From Octopus vulgaris (taxonomy: Eukaryota): a stretch of DNA of 64,000 nt. The notes beneath the pieces were generated by a model. That model had not been told where the DNA came from, ran no database searches, and saw only the letters and a list, made by a program, of their open reading frames with translations. The DNA lies in NCBI GenBank assembly GCA_951406725.2, contig OX597826.1, positions 36,332,001 through 36,396,000 of the forward strand, in the 5' to 3' direction. The first letter of the stretch is position 1. Each line of letters opens with the position of its first letter. Positions 1-12,018 of the stretch are shown here, piece after piece. The translations under genes were made by a program, and so were the position numbers.

Positions 1-144
1 GGTATAGATGTGAGGCTATGTTACATGGAAGGCAGGAATATTGATTAAAGAAGTGAAAGTGAGGGAAAATGTATGGCTTCAAGGAGAAAGGAGAAGTCAG
101 AGAAAAATAAGAGAAAAATTAATTACAATACAACACTGGCAAGA

Positions 145-175
<31 letters not shown>

Positions 176-556
176 GGGAGAGAGAGAAGGAGAGAGAAGC
201 ATTATAAATTCAGTGAGAGAAGAAAAATTACTTAAAAATTATGCAACATTGGTTGAAAGTCCTGGTACATTACATGCATGGGTTAAAAGACAGGAAAGTG
301 AATCCTAAGTGTGGTGAGGAACTGGTGAAAGAAATTGAGCTGGGTGTGGCACAAAGAAAGTCAAGAAGAATGTGATAGATGTGTGTGAATGCATCAGAGC
401 ATGAAGCACTTTTACATGGAAGAAAGAAATAAGAAAAAAAAACAAAAAAAAACCAATAATAATTCTTTTAAAAACTGCAACTTGTAGAAAGGTCAGAGAG
501 TCCAAGAATGCAGAAGTAATAAATTCCTTAGGGAGAAATAACGATGACACTAGCTA

Positions 557-636
<80 letters not shown>

Positions 637-1559
637 GTATATGTATATATACATATGTACATACTGATATGCACTCATATTACTATATACATATATAACC
701 ATATACTCACATATATACTCAAACACATACTGACTGATAGCCACAAACATACACGTGTGCGCGCACACACACACACACACACACATACACACACACTATT
801 CCACGACACACAGTCCCACAGCACACAGATACTCGTGTGAACCCAATAGAGTCAGAACCCTTCTCGCCCAAACACCAATATACACACATACACATCCACA
901 TAGAGACACATAAATGCACACACACACATACACACATATATAAACACATAAAACCAGCATTCACATACACACTCGTATTCAACACATTTACACACACACA
1001 TTCAACACACATCTGCTCATATACAATCCTTCACACATTCTCACGGGTCTACTTTTGCAGCAACGCACATCCACCAAATTTGCATATATGCACACGCATG
1101 CACACATATAAACAGCTATGCACGTACACCGCATCCTACATACATCCACCCCTATACACACGCACGCACGTGCATATATTAGTGAGAGTAATTTAGTTTG
1201 AAAGCCAGTCACTTAAGCCAGTGCCATCTAACCATTCATAAATCATTGTCTCAAAAACCACCTTAGACAATACTTCACATAAGCGATCAAGCATGAACCC
1301 AGCTAAGCAGGAGAGAGAGAGGGTGGAGGGGGCGGAGGAGGAGGAAGAGGAGGGCCAGTGGGTAGGTGGGTGGGAAGGGAGGTGTGGAAGGATGGGGAGG
1401 AGAAGAAGAGGAGGAGCATAACATTAACCTTTTTTTTCTTTAACTGTTGTGTCTAATAAGTGTCCATGTTGTTGTTGTTGGTGGTGGTGGTGGTCGAAGT
1501 GATGCTGGTGGTGGAGATGGCGTTGTGTTCGAACCAGTTGAGCGGCTACTGCACTGCCA

Positions 1560-1681
1560 TCATCACCATCATTATCAACAACATTACAAATGGTAATGGA
1601 TGATGATGATGTTGATGATGGTGGTGGTATTAGTGAGGCAGAGGAGGAGATGACAATGAGGGTGATGGTCATGTTGATGAC

Positions 1682-1727
<46 letters not shown>

Positions 1728-1995
1728 GTGATGGTTTTGAAGATAAAATGCTGGTGATGATAGTGAAGATAATGATATTCATGATGATGATGATAATGAT
1801 GATAATGATAATGATAATTATAATGATCATGAAGATGTTACTGCAGATCGCAATACTGTTGCTGCCACTACTGCTGCTGCTGCTGCTGCTACTACTGCTT
1901 GCTGCTGATGAGGAGGATTATGATGATGATAATGATTATAATGATGAAGATACTGGTGACAATAGTGATGATGGTGATGATGATGATGATGATGT

Positions 1996-2041
<46 letters not shown>

Positions 2042-2087
2042 GGTGATGATACTAATGATGATGATGATGATGATGAAGGTGATGATA

Positions 2088-2130
<43 letters not shown>

Positions 2131-2258
2131 CGGTAATGGTGATGATGTAGTTATTTTTGTTATGGTAGCAGTGGTGGTGATGACTGTGGTGATGATGATG
2201 ATGATGGCTATAACGATGGTGATAATGATGATGCTGATGATGATACCTTTGCTATCAT
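1560..2258. repeat. (GAT)n/(CTG)n trinucleotide microsatellite tract
   Basis: Long imperfect GAT runs. They account for the poly-D/poly-M ORFs at 1748-2260. Confidence 0.95.
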
Positions 2259-2372
2259 GAATATAAATATTACTATTTTCTCATTTGTCGGTCAGTTTTC
2301 AGGTTTCCCTAATTCAACCTACTACAGACAGTCTCAAGTTAGAACAAATTATTTTGAATGTCTATCTTTGTA

Positions 2373-2414
<42 letters not shown>

Positions 2415-3027
2415 TACAGATATACAGCAAAATTTTATATCTTGGACATAGTTACCCAAGGTTTCACTTCCACTAAGCCAAAGCCTTGTGGTCAGCTCGC
2501 CAGACTCTCTACAAAAACCAAAATTTTAAATTTCCTACGTTGTGGACGTGAGGAAATGTTTAGAAATCAAGAAATACAATCTTAACAAAAAACGCTAATA
2601 AGGACGGGTCATCTCCCCTGAAGCAGAGGCAAAAACAACCCGAAGAAGTTTAACCAGTAAACGGGGAGATCCAATTTTCCAGTAAGTAGCACTTGAAGTG
2701 GACACATTTAGAAAACACTTCTTTGTGACTATTCAACATGCCAGGTTTCATACAGTCCTTAAGAATTTTGGCTCTCCCCGTGATGCAGATCTTGCAACAG
2801 CCACTTCCACTTATATATGGGCCCAGATGATCAAGTAATTTCTACCTGATATCACACAGGGTCTCTTCATCTTTGAGGTGCCACATATGGCAGGCCAAGA
2901 ACGTGACAAGCTGTCTTTCTGGGACTCTGAAGGAAGACTGGCAGTTAAGAAAATGTCACTTCAAAGAAGTATATGTATATTAAGTATATATAGTCCCACT
3001 GATGCCCACATGGGAGGCAGATGTCAA

Positions 3028-3059
<32 letters not shown>

Positions 3060-3302
3060 ATGTATATACATTTATATATACAATAACTATAAAATAATAC
3101 ATCCTAACAATAATATATATATATACTCTGATTTAAAGCAACATTTTTTATGTAAACAATTGACTGAAAAATGATGAGCTAACCCAGTCCAGAATCAAAC
3201 CCACATATCAACACTAACATGGCTCTATCTCCATAACCTACAAAGCCTTTGGGTTGTTTACAAATATCATATATAATATATTTATGTATAGATATATATG
3301 TG

Positions 3303-5005
3303 TGGGTGGGGTGCAAACAACTTGCACATGCAAGTATTACCAGTCGAGAACTCCGCATACTGGAAGCCAGCAAGTGTATGGGGTCATCAAGAGAGAATGT
3401 GTGCTATTTCAGGGCCTACCTCTTGGCGGCATCAATACGCACCAGTCTCCCTCACTGATATGAGGATCTGCTTGCTAGTTAACCGGTTATCAAATAAAGC
3501 TCAATATTCTTCTAGCTATCTCTCATCATCTCCTTTTAACCAAATCCAGTGGCTAGCTTTTCCACTGTAGTTTGGATATCTTTTATGGTGGTATTTACTT
3601 TACAATGAATTAGGCCTAACGATAACAACAGTTGTCTCACACTGTATCCAACAAACCCTCTACATCTGACTTCAGTTGGAAAATGCTCCGCTTTCCATCC
3701 TGTATCGTCACATTCCTCGAGGTGGCTTACAAAACGGTCAATCTTTCGAGCCCAAGTGGCGTCCATGTTATCTTCACGAGGAACTGTTAACTTGACTAGA
3801 TTCACAGCTTTCTTTCTTTCACACCACATTAAAATGTCCGGCTTTTTTGTAACTGGGATGGGAAAGAGTCCTTGGCACACTGGTACATCTGCAGTCACTT
3901 CCCAATAGCTGTTGGATTTTTCATCACTCACAAGAAGTTTGTTGTTCTTCTTGAAATGGATCCATAGTCCTGAGTGCACAAAGGTAATGAAATCTCTAGG
4001 TTTCAATGGTTTTTTTCAATGGTTTTTCAATGTTTTTTTTTTCAATGGTTTTTTTTCAATGGTTTTTCAATGGTTTTTTTTACTGTTGTTGAGATCAATT
4101 TGGTTCTCTATAGCATTGAAGATAACCTTAAGGACTAGGTTGTGTCTCGATGTATACCTGTTCAATGGTAGTGAACATGTGGAAAGAATATGTTTCAGTG
4201 TGCTGACCTTTCTGCATTTGCATATATCATTCTCTGAGACATTCCATCTTACAAGCTTTGCAGGTGATGGCAAAACATCATAGGATGAACGAATCAGAAA
4301 ACTTAGCCGATATGTGATCCACCTCCATATCTCATCCCAACTTATTTTTCTCTCAAAAGCATGCTTCTTCCATCATGTCACTTGTCCTTCTTGAATTCAT
4401 TGGATCAAATGAAGCTCTCTTCTCTCTGCTTCTCTCATTTTGAGAGATCTGCGTTCACTCCCCATCATACTTGCAAATGGTCTGAATTGATCTGTGTCAA
4501 AACCAAGTTCCTTTTGATGAATTTGCATTGCACTCACCATATCTCGGTGAGAAGACAGGATGTCATCAGTCTCTGCTTCTGTTTTCACATCTGGTGGATT
4601 ATGCCTGATTTCCATGTCTCAGCATCATCATCATTCGTACCTTCCCCAGTTTATAAATCTCGACTATTGACGCCAGTGGTAACTGAAATGAGCTTTTTTT
4701 ACGATAAGGAGCTGAACTGTTCAATACCCAAGGTAGGCCTAGCCATTTTCTATTGAATACATTACATTTTGTTCAATGATTTGAACTCCTGACAATGCTA
4801 CCTCGTATATTAAAAGTGACCACAAAAGTTGCAGATACAAGCTGAACTGTAAGTACCAAATTTTATATTTACCTGGTTATCAATCGCTGATAATGCAACC
4901 TCAGCTTGTTTCATAATTTTCATTCCGCAACTCCTATCTGACACAGCACTAGCACTTCTTGCATGGCACAAATTTAAGAAGTGGTCACTGAGATACTTGT
5001 AAAAC
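3303..5005 (-). mobile_element. Degenerate 3' part of an RLE-type (HERO/NeSL-like) non-LTR retrotransposon
   Basis: Minus-strand frames give late RT (IMKQAEVALSAID..PGKYKIWYLQF..LLWSLLIYEVALS), a CCHC knuckle (CKCRKVSTLKHILSTC..RYTSRHNLVL) and a PD-(D/E)xK-like endonuclease (KKPDILMW..LVKLTVPREDNM..EVRCRGF). Many frameshifts. Ends approximate. Confidence 0.85.
4000..4081. repeat. Minisatellite, ~6 copies of TCAATGG(T)n, inside the HERO-like relic
   Basis: ttcaatggttttttt repeated with a variable T run. Confidence 0.85.
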
Positions 5006-5438
5006 AAAGACCTCTCAGCTGGGAGAGGACGGGGGAAGGACCAATGTGGCTTTCTGCTAGCTGGGAGGTTAAAATTTCATGGAGGGATTAAGATATGTGT
5101 CTTATTATGGAGGAGACACTTGGTTACCCAATTATGAGAAGAAAAATGAGGAAGGACAGAGAGAGAGAGAGTCACAGACAAAGATGGAGACAGACAGAAT
5201 GAGAGTTAGAGAGAAATGAATGATGGTACACTGAGAGCGGGGAATATATAAGTGGCACAGAGGTAGATAGGGTAGGGTGTCACATAAGCATGTGAGAGAG
5301 GAGATGTTTAGAGATGGAGAAGGGGTGATTATAGCAAGTGGTGGTGAGGGAAATTGAAGTTGGGGTCGGGGCTGTGGTAGATATGTGGAGGGCACAGACA
5401 GTGGTATGTGTATATGTGTGTGTGTGTGTGTGTGTATT

Positions 5439-5700
5439 CTCTTACTCTTTTACTTGTTGGTTCAGTCGTTTGAATGTTGCCATGCAGGAGTACCACCTTG
5501 GAAGGGTTTTAATCAAACAAACTGACTCCAAGACATGTTTTTTTCCCCCTTTTAAGCCTTGTTCTGATTCTATTGGTTTTTTATACTGAACAGCTAAATT
5601 ATGGAGATGTAACCACACCAACACCAGTTGCCAAACAGTGATGGGGGGAACACAAAGGCACACATACATAGATATATACATACACACACACACACACATA
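5439..5700 (-). mobile_element. SINE family A, 3' half, diverged
   Basis: Similar to the reverse complement of the 3' half of the copy at 49972-50432. Confidence 0.75.
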
Positions 5701-5735
5701 TATACATTGATCCTCATTTTATATTTGCCAATTAA

Positions 5736-5950
5736 GGCAGCGAGCTGGCAGAATCGTTAGCATGCTGGGCAAAATGCTTAGTGGTATTTCGTCTGTCTTT
5801 ACATTCTAAGTTCAAATTCCACCGAGGTCAACTTTGCCTTTCATCTTTTCGGGGTCCATAAATTAAATACCAGTTGCATACTGGGGTCGATCTAATCGAC
5901 TGGCCCCGCCTTCCCCAAAATTTCACGCCTTGTGCCTCTAGTAGAAAGGA
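5736..5950 (+). mobile_element. SINE family B (tRNA-like head; central gcctttcatcctttcggggtcgataa domain), full length with 16-bp TSD
   Basis: TSD tatatttgccaattaa at 5720-5735 and 5951-5966. B-box-like gttcaaattcc. Many relatives in the window. Confidence 0.9.
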
Positions 5951-6360
5951 TATATTTGCCAATTAATCTTCCCAAGAGTTGTATCCCTTTCAAATTTACT
6001 CTTCAGCCTCATTTTTCCCCCCCACCATCCCCACCACCAGCACCATTGCCACCATCACTATTACCACAGGTATAGCAGAAGTTCAAATTGATAATTAACT
6101 TCATTAACCTTACCTCTATGAAAGGGCATGAGCGCCACCATTTTTCTTTTGACTAATTAATTAAAACTCTAATTAGGGTAAGGATGTATACAACATGTTT
6201 TCGGTATTTTTTAATTAATTATAGGAAGAAGAGGACAACGAAAAGAAGAGGGGGAAACTTTTATTTGTTTCCTTTCCTCCTAAAATAAGGGATTTCAGGA
6301 AGTTGCTTAGTCGGTGGATTCATTTAATTGTTGTTCAATAGTTTTATGGAGCTGATGGTC

Positions 6361-6670
6361 AGTGAAGGGACGTGGCTCAGAGGTTTGTGCATTCAGCTCA
6401 TGATCATAAGGCCGTGTGTTCAATTCCCAGCAATACACTGTGTCCTTGAGCAAGACACTTTATTTCACACTGCTCCAGAGCACTCAGCTGGAAAAAATGT
6501 GTTGTACTTCCTATTTCAAAGGGCCAGCTTTGAGAACTCTTTGAGAACTATTTTAAGGGTATACATGTCAGTGGAGCATTCAGCCACTTGTACATTAATC
6601 TTTTGAGCAGGCTGTTCTATTGATTAGATCAACTGGAAAATTCTTCACCAAAACCAATGGAGTTCCATTT
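6361..6670 (+). mobile_element. Older SINE family C-related copy (CORE-like cttgagcaagacact block)
   Basis: 3' half matches 33960-34140. Flanked by 11-bp direct repeat tggtcagtgaa (6356-6366, 6670-6680). Confidence 0.8.
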
Positions 6671-7042
6671 GGTCAGTGAATGGAATCGCAGAGTTGATGG
6701 TCAGTGGATTTATATAACTATGTCTTGTTCTGTGAATTCCTAAAATGGATCACTAGAAAGTCAATGTGTGGAATAGAGATGTGTACAGAGAAAGTGCTTG
6801 GGGTCGGACCAAAATGCTTAACCAGACTGGACCCTGCCAAAGCGCTTAAGGAGTGATTGGTGTTGATCAACAAGATGGCACGTTTGGTTAATGTATTTGA
6901 TGGTCAGTTTAGCTAAGATTTCAAACCTTACTGTTACAGCTAGTGAGTGACCCCTCTGGACAACAGGTATGGCTCAGCTTTCTTTAGTGTGGTCAGTGGT
7001 CAATCATTCCCATCTCCTTTCAATTTTGTGCAGTTAACTTGA

Positions 7043-7233
7043 TCTTTTATCTTTTACTTGTTTCAGTCATTGGAGTGCGAACATGCTGGGGCACTGCCTT
7101 GAGTCAACCCCAGGATTTATTTTCTTTTTAAGCCTGGTGCTTATTCTATCAGTCTCTTTTGCTGAACTGCTAAGTAAACATACCAACAGTGTCTGTCAAG
7201 TAGTTATGGGGGACAAACACAGACACACACACA

Positions 7234-7270
<37 letters not shown>

Positions 7271-7433
7271 GACAAGCTTCTTTCAGTTTCCGCCTACCAA
7301 ATCCACTCAAAAGGCTTTGGTCAACTCGAGGTTATACTAGAAGACACTTGCTCAAGGTACCACACAGTGGGGCTGAACCCAGAACCATGTGGTTGGGGGA
7401 CAAACTTCTTACCACACAGCCACACCTGTGCCT
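7043..7433 (-). mobile_element. SINE family A, full length, with internal (CA)n
   Basis: Reverse complement of 49972-50432 over its whole length. Confidence 0.9.
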
Positions 7434-8639
7434 GCAGAAAGGAAGGTTTCTCTCTCCTTTTTAACTAAAGAAAAGGAAACCAGCTGCAAAAAAAACGAAA
7501 AAAAAAATAGTTGCTTTGAGAACAAATTGGTAATGATCCTACTTCCACACTGCCAGACAAAACCAATATTTTTCTTTTTTTCACTTTTTTGCTACAAAGT
7601 GAACAAAGCACAGAGTTGATATTGAAATATTGAATATTGGAACAAACACTCTGTGGCTTTGAAGCATAGAAAATAACTGCCACCTGAAATATGAGGATAT
7701 TCAAACCACTCCATACATTAAATGACACTCAGCTTACATTTGCCATAAAACCACACTGCACAGCAACTGTGTGTGTTTTTCTTTTCTTTTTATAAAGGGT
7801 GGAGGGGTGGGAAGAAAAAATGTGAAATGCTCCAACTATATTTTAGGACTGACAACATGCAATATTTAAAATTTATCTCTTCTATAAAACTGATAACAAC
7901 AACAACAAAAACGAAGCTTCAACAACAACATCAACAATAATTCTAATAACAATATAGAAATATGCAAATTTATAACTGAAAAAAGAGCATGTGTACATCA
8001 TGTTGATGTAGCAAAGGAAAATGGATGTAAAATAAATTTTTTATTTAAAAAACCCCCTCAAATCCCTCTGGTATTATATGAAACTCTATATTCAATTCTT
8101 CATTTGAAATGGAGGTAATGTATGTAATATTAATTCTATATTTGTGGAAATATTTACAAAACCATTATCGTGGATTTGGTGTTGTTTAAAATATTTGTAA
8201 ATGCCTAATGGAAAATGAGAACAAAAAAATTCTATAGAACCCTGCAATTCTATTAAAATTACATAGTTTTTATTTAATCCTAGAATACGTGTAGGAAAAT
8301 ATATGGGTGCAAGTAATGGTGTGTGTTTAGAATGTTTGCTTGCAAATCTGTGGTTCTGAGTTTGTTCCACGTTTGTTGCAGATTAAGGGGATATTGTTAT
8401 CATAGCCTCAAATTATCCAGTGGAATTTTGTCAATGGAAATTGTTATGAAGCTATCAAATTGCTCTACACTTACACACACACACACACACACACATACAC
8501 TCATACCCTCACATTATAAATCAAAACAGCTTAATGTGTACATCAATATATGTAATGAAGAAAGTGCACAGTATTTAACAAAATGGTGCTAACCCCATAC
8601 ATACATACATACAAACAAGTATGTGTATATATATATATG

Positions 8640-8837
8640 TGACCACGTGTGTATCGTTGGCGATTTACTTTCTCTGTCTTCACTTCGTTGGACCTTTCCT
8701 TTTTCTATGTTTCTGACGAAGAGCTCTGCTCGAAACGTTAAATCCTCCTTCTTTCTTTCCTTTCCTGAGCGTCCAATGACACTATACATGTTCCACCTCC
8801 TCATGTTGTTGTGTTTTCTCTTTGTTCATGTTAGGAT

Positions 8838-8841
<4 letters not shown>
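8640..8841 (+). mobile_element. Penelope-like element terminal-repeat (pLTR) fragment in (TA)n
   Basis: Pyrimidine-rich segment between TA repeats that carries a minimal hammerhead motif, as is typical of Penelope-like pLTRs. Confidence 0.6.
8709..8743 (+). ncRNA. Minimal type I hammerhead ribozyme motif
   Basis: gttt-CTGACGA-a-gagc(tct)gctc-GAAA-CG-TT-aaat: catalytic core, 4-bp stem II, palindromic ACGT stem III, short stem I. Confidence 0.7.
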
Positions 8842-8867
<26 letters not shown>

Positions 8868-8868
<1 letters not shown>

Positions 8869-9105
8869 CTTTTATCTTTTATATATTCTTTTATCTTTTT
8901 ATTCGTTTCAGTCATTTGACTGCGGCCATGCTGGAGCACCGCTTTTAGTCGAACAAATCGACCCCAGGACTTATTCTTTGTAAGCCTAGTACTTATTCTA
9001 TCAGACTCTTTTGCCGAACTGCTAAGTTACAGGGACATAAACACACCAGCATTGTGTGACAAACACAGACACACAAACATATACATACATACATATATAT
9101 ATATG

Positions 9106-9138
<33 letters not shown>

Positions 9139-9143
9139 ATGTA

Positions 9144-9188
<45 letters not shown>

Positions 9189-9288
9189 CGGGCTTCTCTC
9201 AGCTTCCATCTGCCATTCCACTCACAAGGCTTTGGTCGGCTGAAGCTATATTAGAAGACACTTGCCCAAGTTGCCACGCAGTGGAACT
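8868..9288 (-). mobile_element. SINE family A, 5'-truncated
   Basis: Matches family A and carries the internal TA/CA microsatellite. Confidence 0.85.
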
Positions 9289-9297
9289 AATGTGTCA

Positions 9298-9490
9298 ATC
9301 ATCATCATCATCATCATCATCATCATTTAGCGTCCGCTTTCCATGCTAGCATGGATTGGACGGTTCAACTGGGGTCTGGGAAGCCAGAAGGCTGCACCAG
9401 GCCCAGAAGGCTGCACCAGGCCCAGAAGGCTGCACCAGGCAATGTTTCTACGGCTGGATGCCCTTCCTAACGCCAACCACTCCATGAGTT
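9298..9490 (-). mobile_element. Family F: RTE-like 3' tail element ending in (ATG)n, with a 3x19-bp internal tandem duplication
   Basis: Same sequence as 9682-9845 and 54330-54490 (ggatgcccttcctaacgccaacc). ccagaaggctgcaccaggc x3 at 9384-9440. Confidence 0.8.
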
Positions 9491-9681
9491 GGAAATAGCA
9501 GACAATTATATACGATGCTATAGTAAAGTTTTACTGTATATATATATACTGGCAAATATGTTTGCAGGCAGTGAGCATAAACATTTTCATCATAACTGTA
9601 GGAAGAACATTAAATAAATGTGCAACCCAGATGTGTATAATCAAGGTCCGAGGTTTCAAACTTTCCAAATTATGTTTATTA

Positions 9682-10130
9682 ATCATCATCATCATCATCG
9701 TTTAACGTCCGTTCTCCATGCTAGCATGGGTTGGACGGTTCGACCGGGGATCTGGGAAGCCATGAAGGCTGCACCAGACTCCGGTCTTATCTGGCAATGT
9801 TTCTACATCTGGATGCCCTTCCTAACGCCAACCACTCCATGAGTGTAGTGGGTACTTTTTATGTGCCACCTGCACTGGTGCCAGGTGAGGCTGGCATTGG
9901 CCACAGTCGGATTGGTGCATTTTACGTGCCACCTGCACGGAAGCCAGTCGAGGCGGCACTGGCTTCGGCCACGATTCGGATGGTGCTTTTTATGTGCCAC
10001 CGACACGGAAGCAGTCGAGGCGGGGCTGGCATCGGCCACGGTTCAGATGGTGCTTTTTGCATATCTCCAGTCCAGGGGTCCTGGCATCTGCCGGGTGCCA
10101 GTCATAGGATTGGTTCAATTTCGATTGTAA
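9682..10130 (-). mobile_element. Family F element with internal GC-rich ~65-bp minisatellite
   Basis: (CAT)n tail on the + strand, then 3-4 units starting ggtgc(a/t)tttta(c/t)gtgccacc. Homologous to 54330-54735. Confidence 0.8.
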
Positions 10131-10295
10131 ATTTGATTAGTTCTCTTCGGCTAGGTTCACCTAGACAAATTTTCAAATGTTGCTACATCAATGCCAGTAT
10201 TTACTCATCTGAATGCCTAGCCATTAACAGACCAAGAACATGAAAATGTTTTCAAAGAAAATATATATATTTGTGTGGATGTCTTCTTTTATCAC

Positions 10296-10549
10296 TGGTG
10301 GTGAGCTTGCAGCATCCTACCAAACCAAGCGCTTAGGGGTATATTTTGTAGCTCTTTACTCCCTGAGTTCAAAATCATGTGAGATTGACTCCTTAATTCA
10401 GGGTCTACAGAATAAGTACCAGTTGAACTCTGTAACTGACGATATAGAAAAATGGTACGGAACTGGCAGAAACAGGAACAGAACAAGCAAAATAAGTACC
10501 AGTTGAGTACTCCCCCGAAATTACTGGCCTCGTGTTAATAGTTAAAGCA

Positions 10550-10550
<1 letters not shown>
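10296..10550 (+). mobile_element. SINE family B, diverged
   Basis: ggtggtgagct head, ataagtaccagtt core, (ATT)n tail. Confidence 0.65.
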
Positions 10551-10611
<61 letters not shown>

Positions 10612-10615
10612 CATT

Positions 10616-11090
10616 ACTTTTGCACAGCTTCTAATGCTGGAGATTTACAATGATGCCAGCTGTTCACTGCCAGGGAAATAAGGTAACATCCCTTATTTTT
10701 CAAGCACCATCCAGAGTATTTGAGCAGTTCCAAGCAGTGCTGTTTTCTGCAAGTGCTCCACCCTTACTACAGCCCCTATTTATTCTATGTACTTCTCAAG
10801 AATTTTACTCACTGTTCCCAGGGCTCTGACAATTATTAGTACTATTACCACCTTTTTCATCGAACACAACTGCTTAACCTCCCAAGCTAACCTGTTATAT
10901 CTATCAACTTTTCTTTCTTCCTTATCACATGCCTTGTTGTCAGCTGGGCATGCTATATCTATGATCCAGCATCAATTAAGACTATCTCTGGTTTCCTATT
11001 CTCTATCTTATTGTCACACTGAATCATGAAATCCTAAAGGAACTTTGCATTATCATTTTTGATGATGCCTTCAGTTTTATGTTTGTACCA
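10616..11090 (-). mobile_element. R4/Dong-like non-LTR retrotransposon 3' end (RLE domain), 5'-truncated, in (TAA)n
   Basis: Minus translation WYKHKTEGIIKNDNAKFL*DFMIQCD..RKPEIVLID..WIIDIACPAD..KVDRY..IIVRALGTVSK..LQKTALLGTAQIL. Both flanks are (ATT)n. Confidence 0.85.
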
Positions 11091-11155
<65 letters not shown>

Positions 11156-11300
11156 TATTATTATTATTATTATTGTTATTATTATTGTTAATATTATTGT
11201 TATTATAATTGTTATTATTATTGTTATTATTATTGTTATTATTATTGTTATTATTATTACTATTATTATTATTATTATTATCATTATTATTATCATTATT

Positions 11301-11848
11301 GAGTGAGAGAGCAGTTCATGCCATCAAAGTGACACTGGGGTAAAATATACGAAGCCCAATATACCCATCATGACTACCCATCTGATAAGGGTACACCAGG
11401 CACATGCATCACAACCATATGTGCGCGACATGGTGATCTCATATCAAGATAAACAGCACATGACCTTGCAGGTGGGGCCCAGTTAGAATTTTCTTCAGGT
11501 TGAGTAGCCCATCCCGCTCAAAAGATCCCTGAATAAGGGTTGTTTAAGGGTGTTGAAAGAACCACCCATGTTTCCAGAGGTGAATTATTCAAACCCCAAA
11601 GAATCCCGCTCAACACATGGCTATGATGCTCCCCCACTACTTCTGCTTGTGATCAGAGATGCACATATCGTCAGCCACTAAAGGACATGCTCAACTGGTT
11701 AAGGTCAAACAACTGACAAGCAAATCTGTGGTATTGAGCAGAATATTTGCTGTAGCCCATCTTTTATACCAAGACAAAACAATGTACATGATAACACTTC
11801 CAATCAGTTAAGATCAGAAGCCATGAGAGCCACTGCCTGGTACTGCAT
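11301..11848 (-). mobile_element. Family G: non-coding ~550-bp interspersed repeat embedded in (TAA)n
   Basis: Second, inverted copy at 54798-55311, also between (AAT)n tracts. No ORF and no recognisable tRNA head. Strand is assigned by analogy to the Dong-like neighbours. Confidence 0.8.
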
Positions 11849-11876
11849 ATTATTATTATTATTATTATTATTATTA

Positions 11877-11921
<45 letters not shown>

Positions 11922-11925
11922 TATT

Positions 11926-12011
<86 letters not shown>

Positions 12012-12018
12012 CATTATT

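Noticed and set aside
1748-2260. Signal-peptide-like poly-Leu followed by poly-Asp (looks like an acidic biomineral protein)
   Set aside because: Entirely (GAT)n/(CTG)n microsatellite, with poly-Met in the alternative frame and no splice or homology support.
4873-5020. Minus-strand exon with AG/GT borders and an open frame
   Set aside because: The translation is continuous with the HERO-like RT relic.
9845-10075. CRISPR-like repeat-spacer pattern
   Set aside because: The 'spacers' are homologous to each other, the context is eukaryotic and there are no cas genes. It is a minisatellite.
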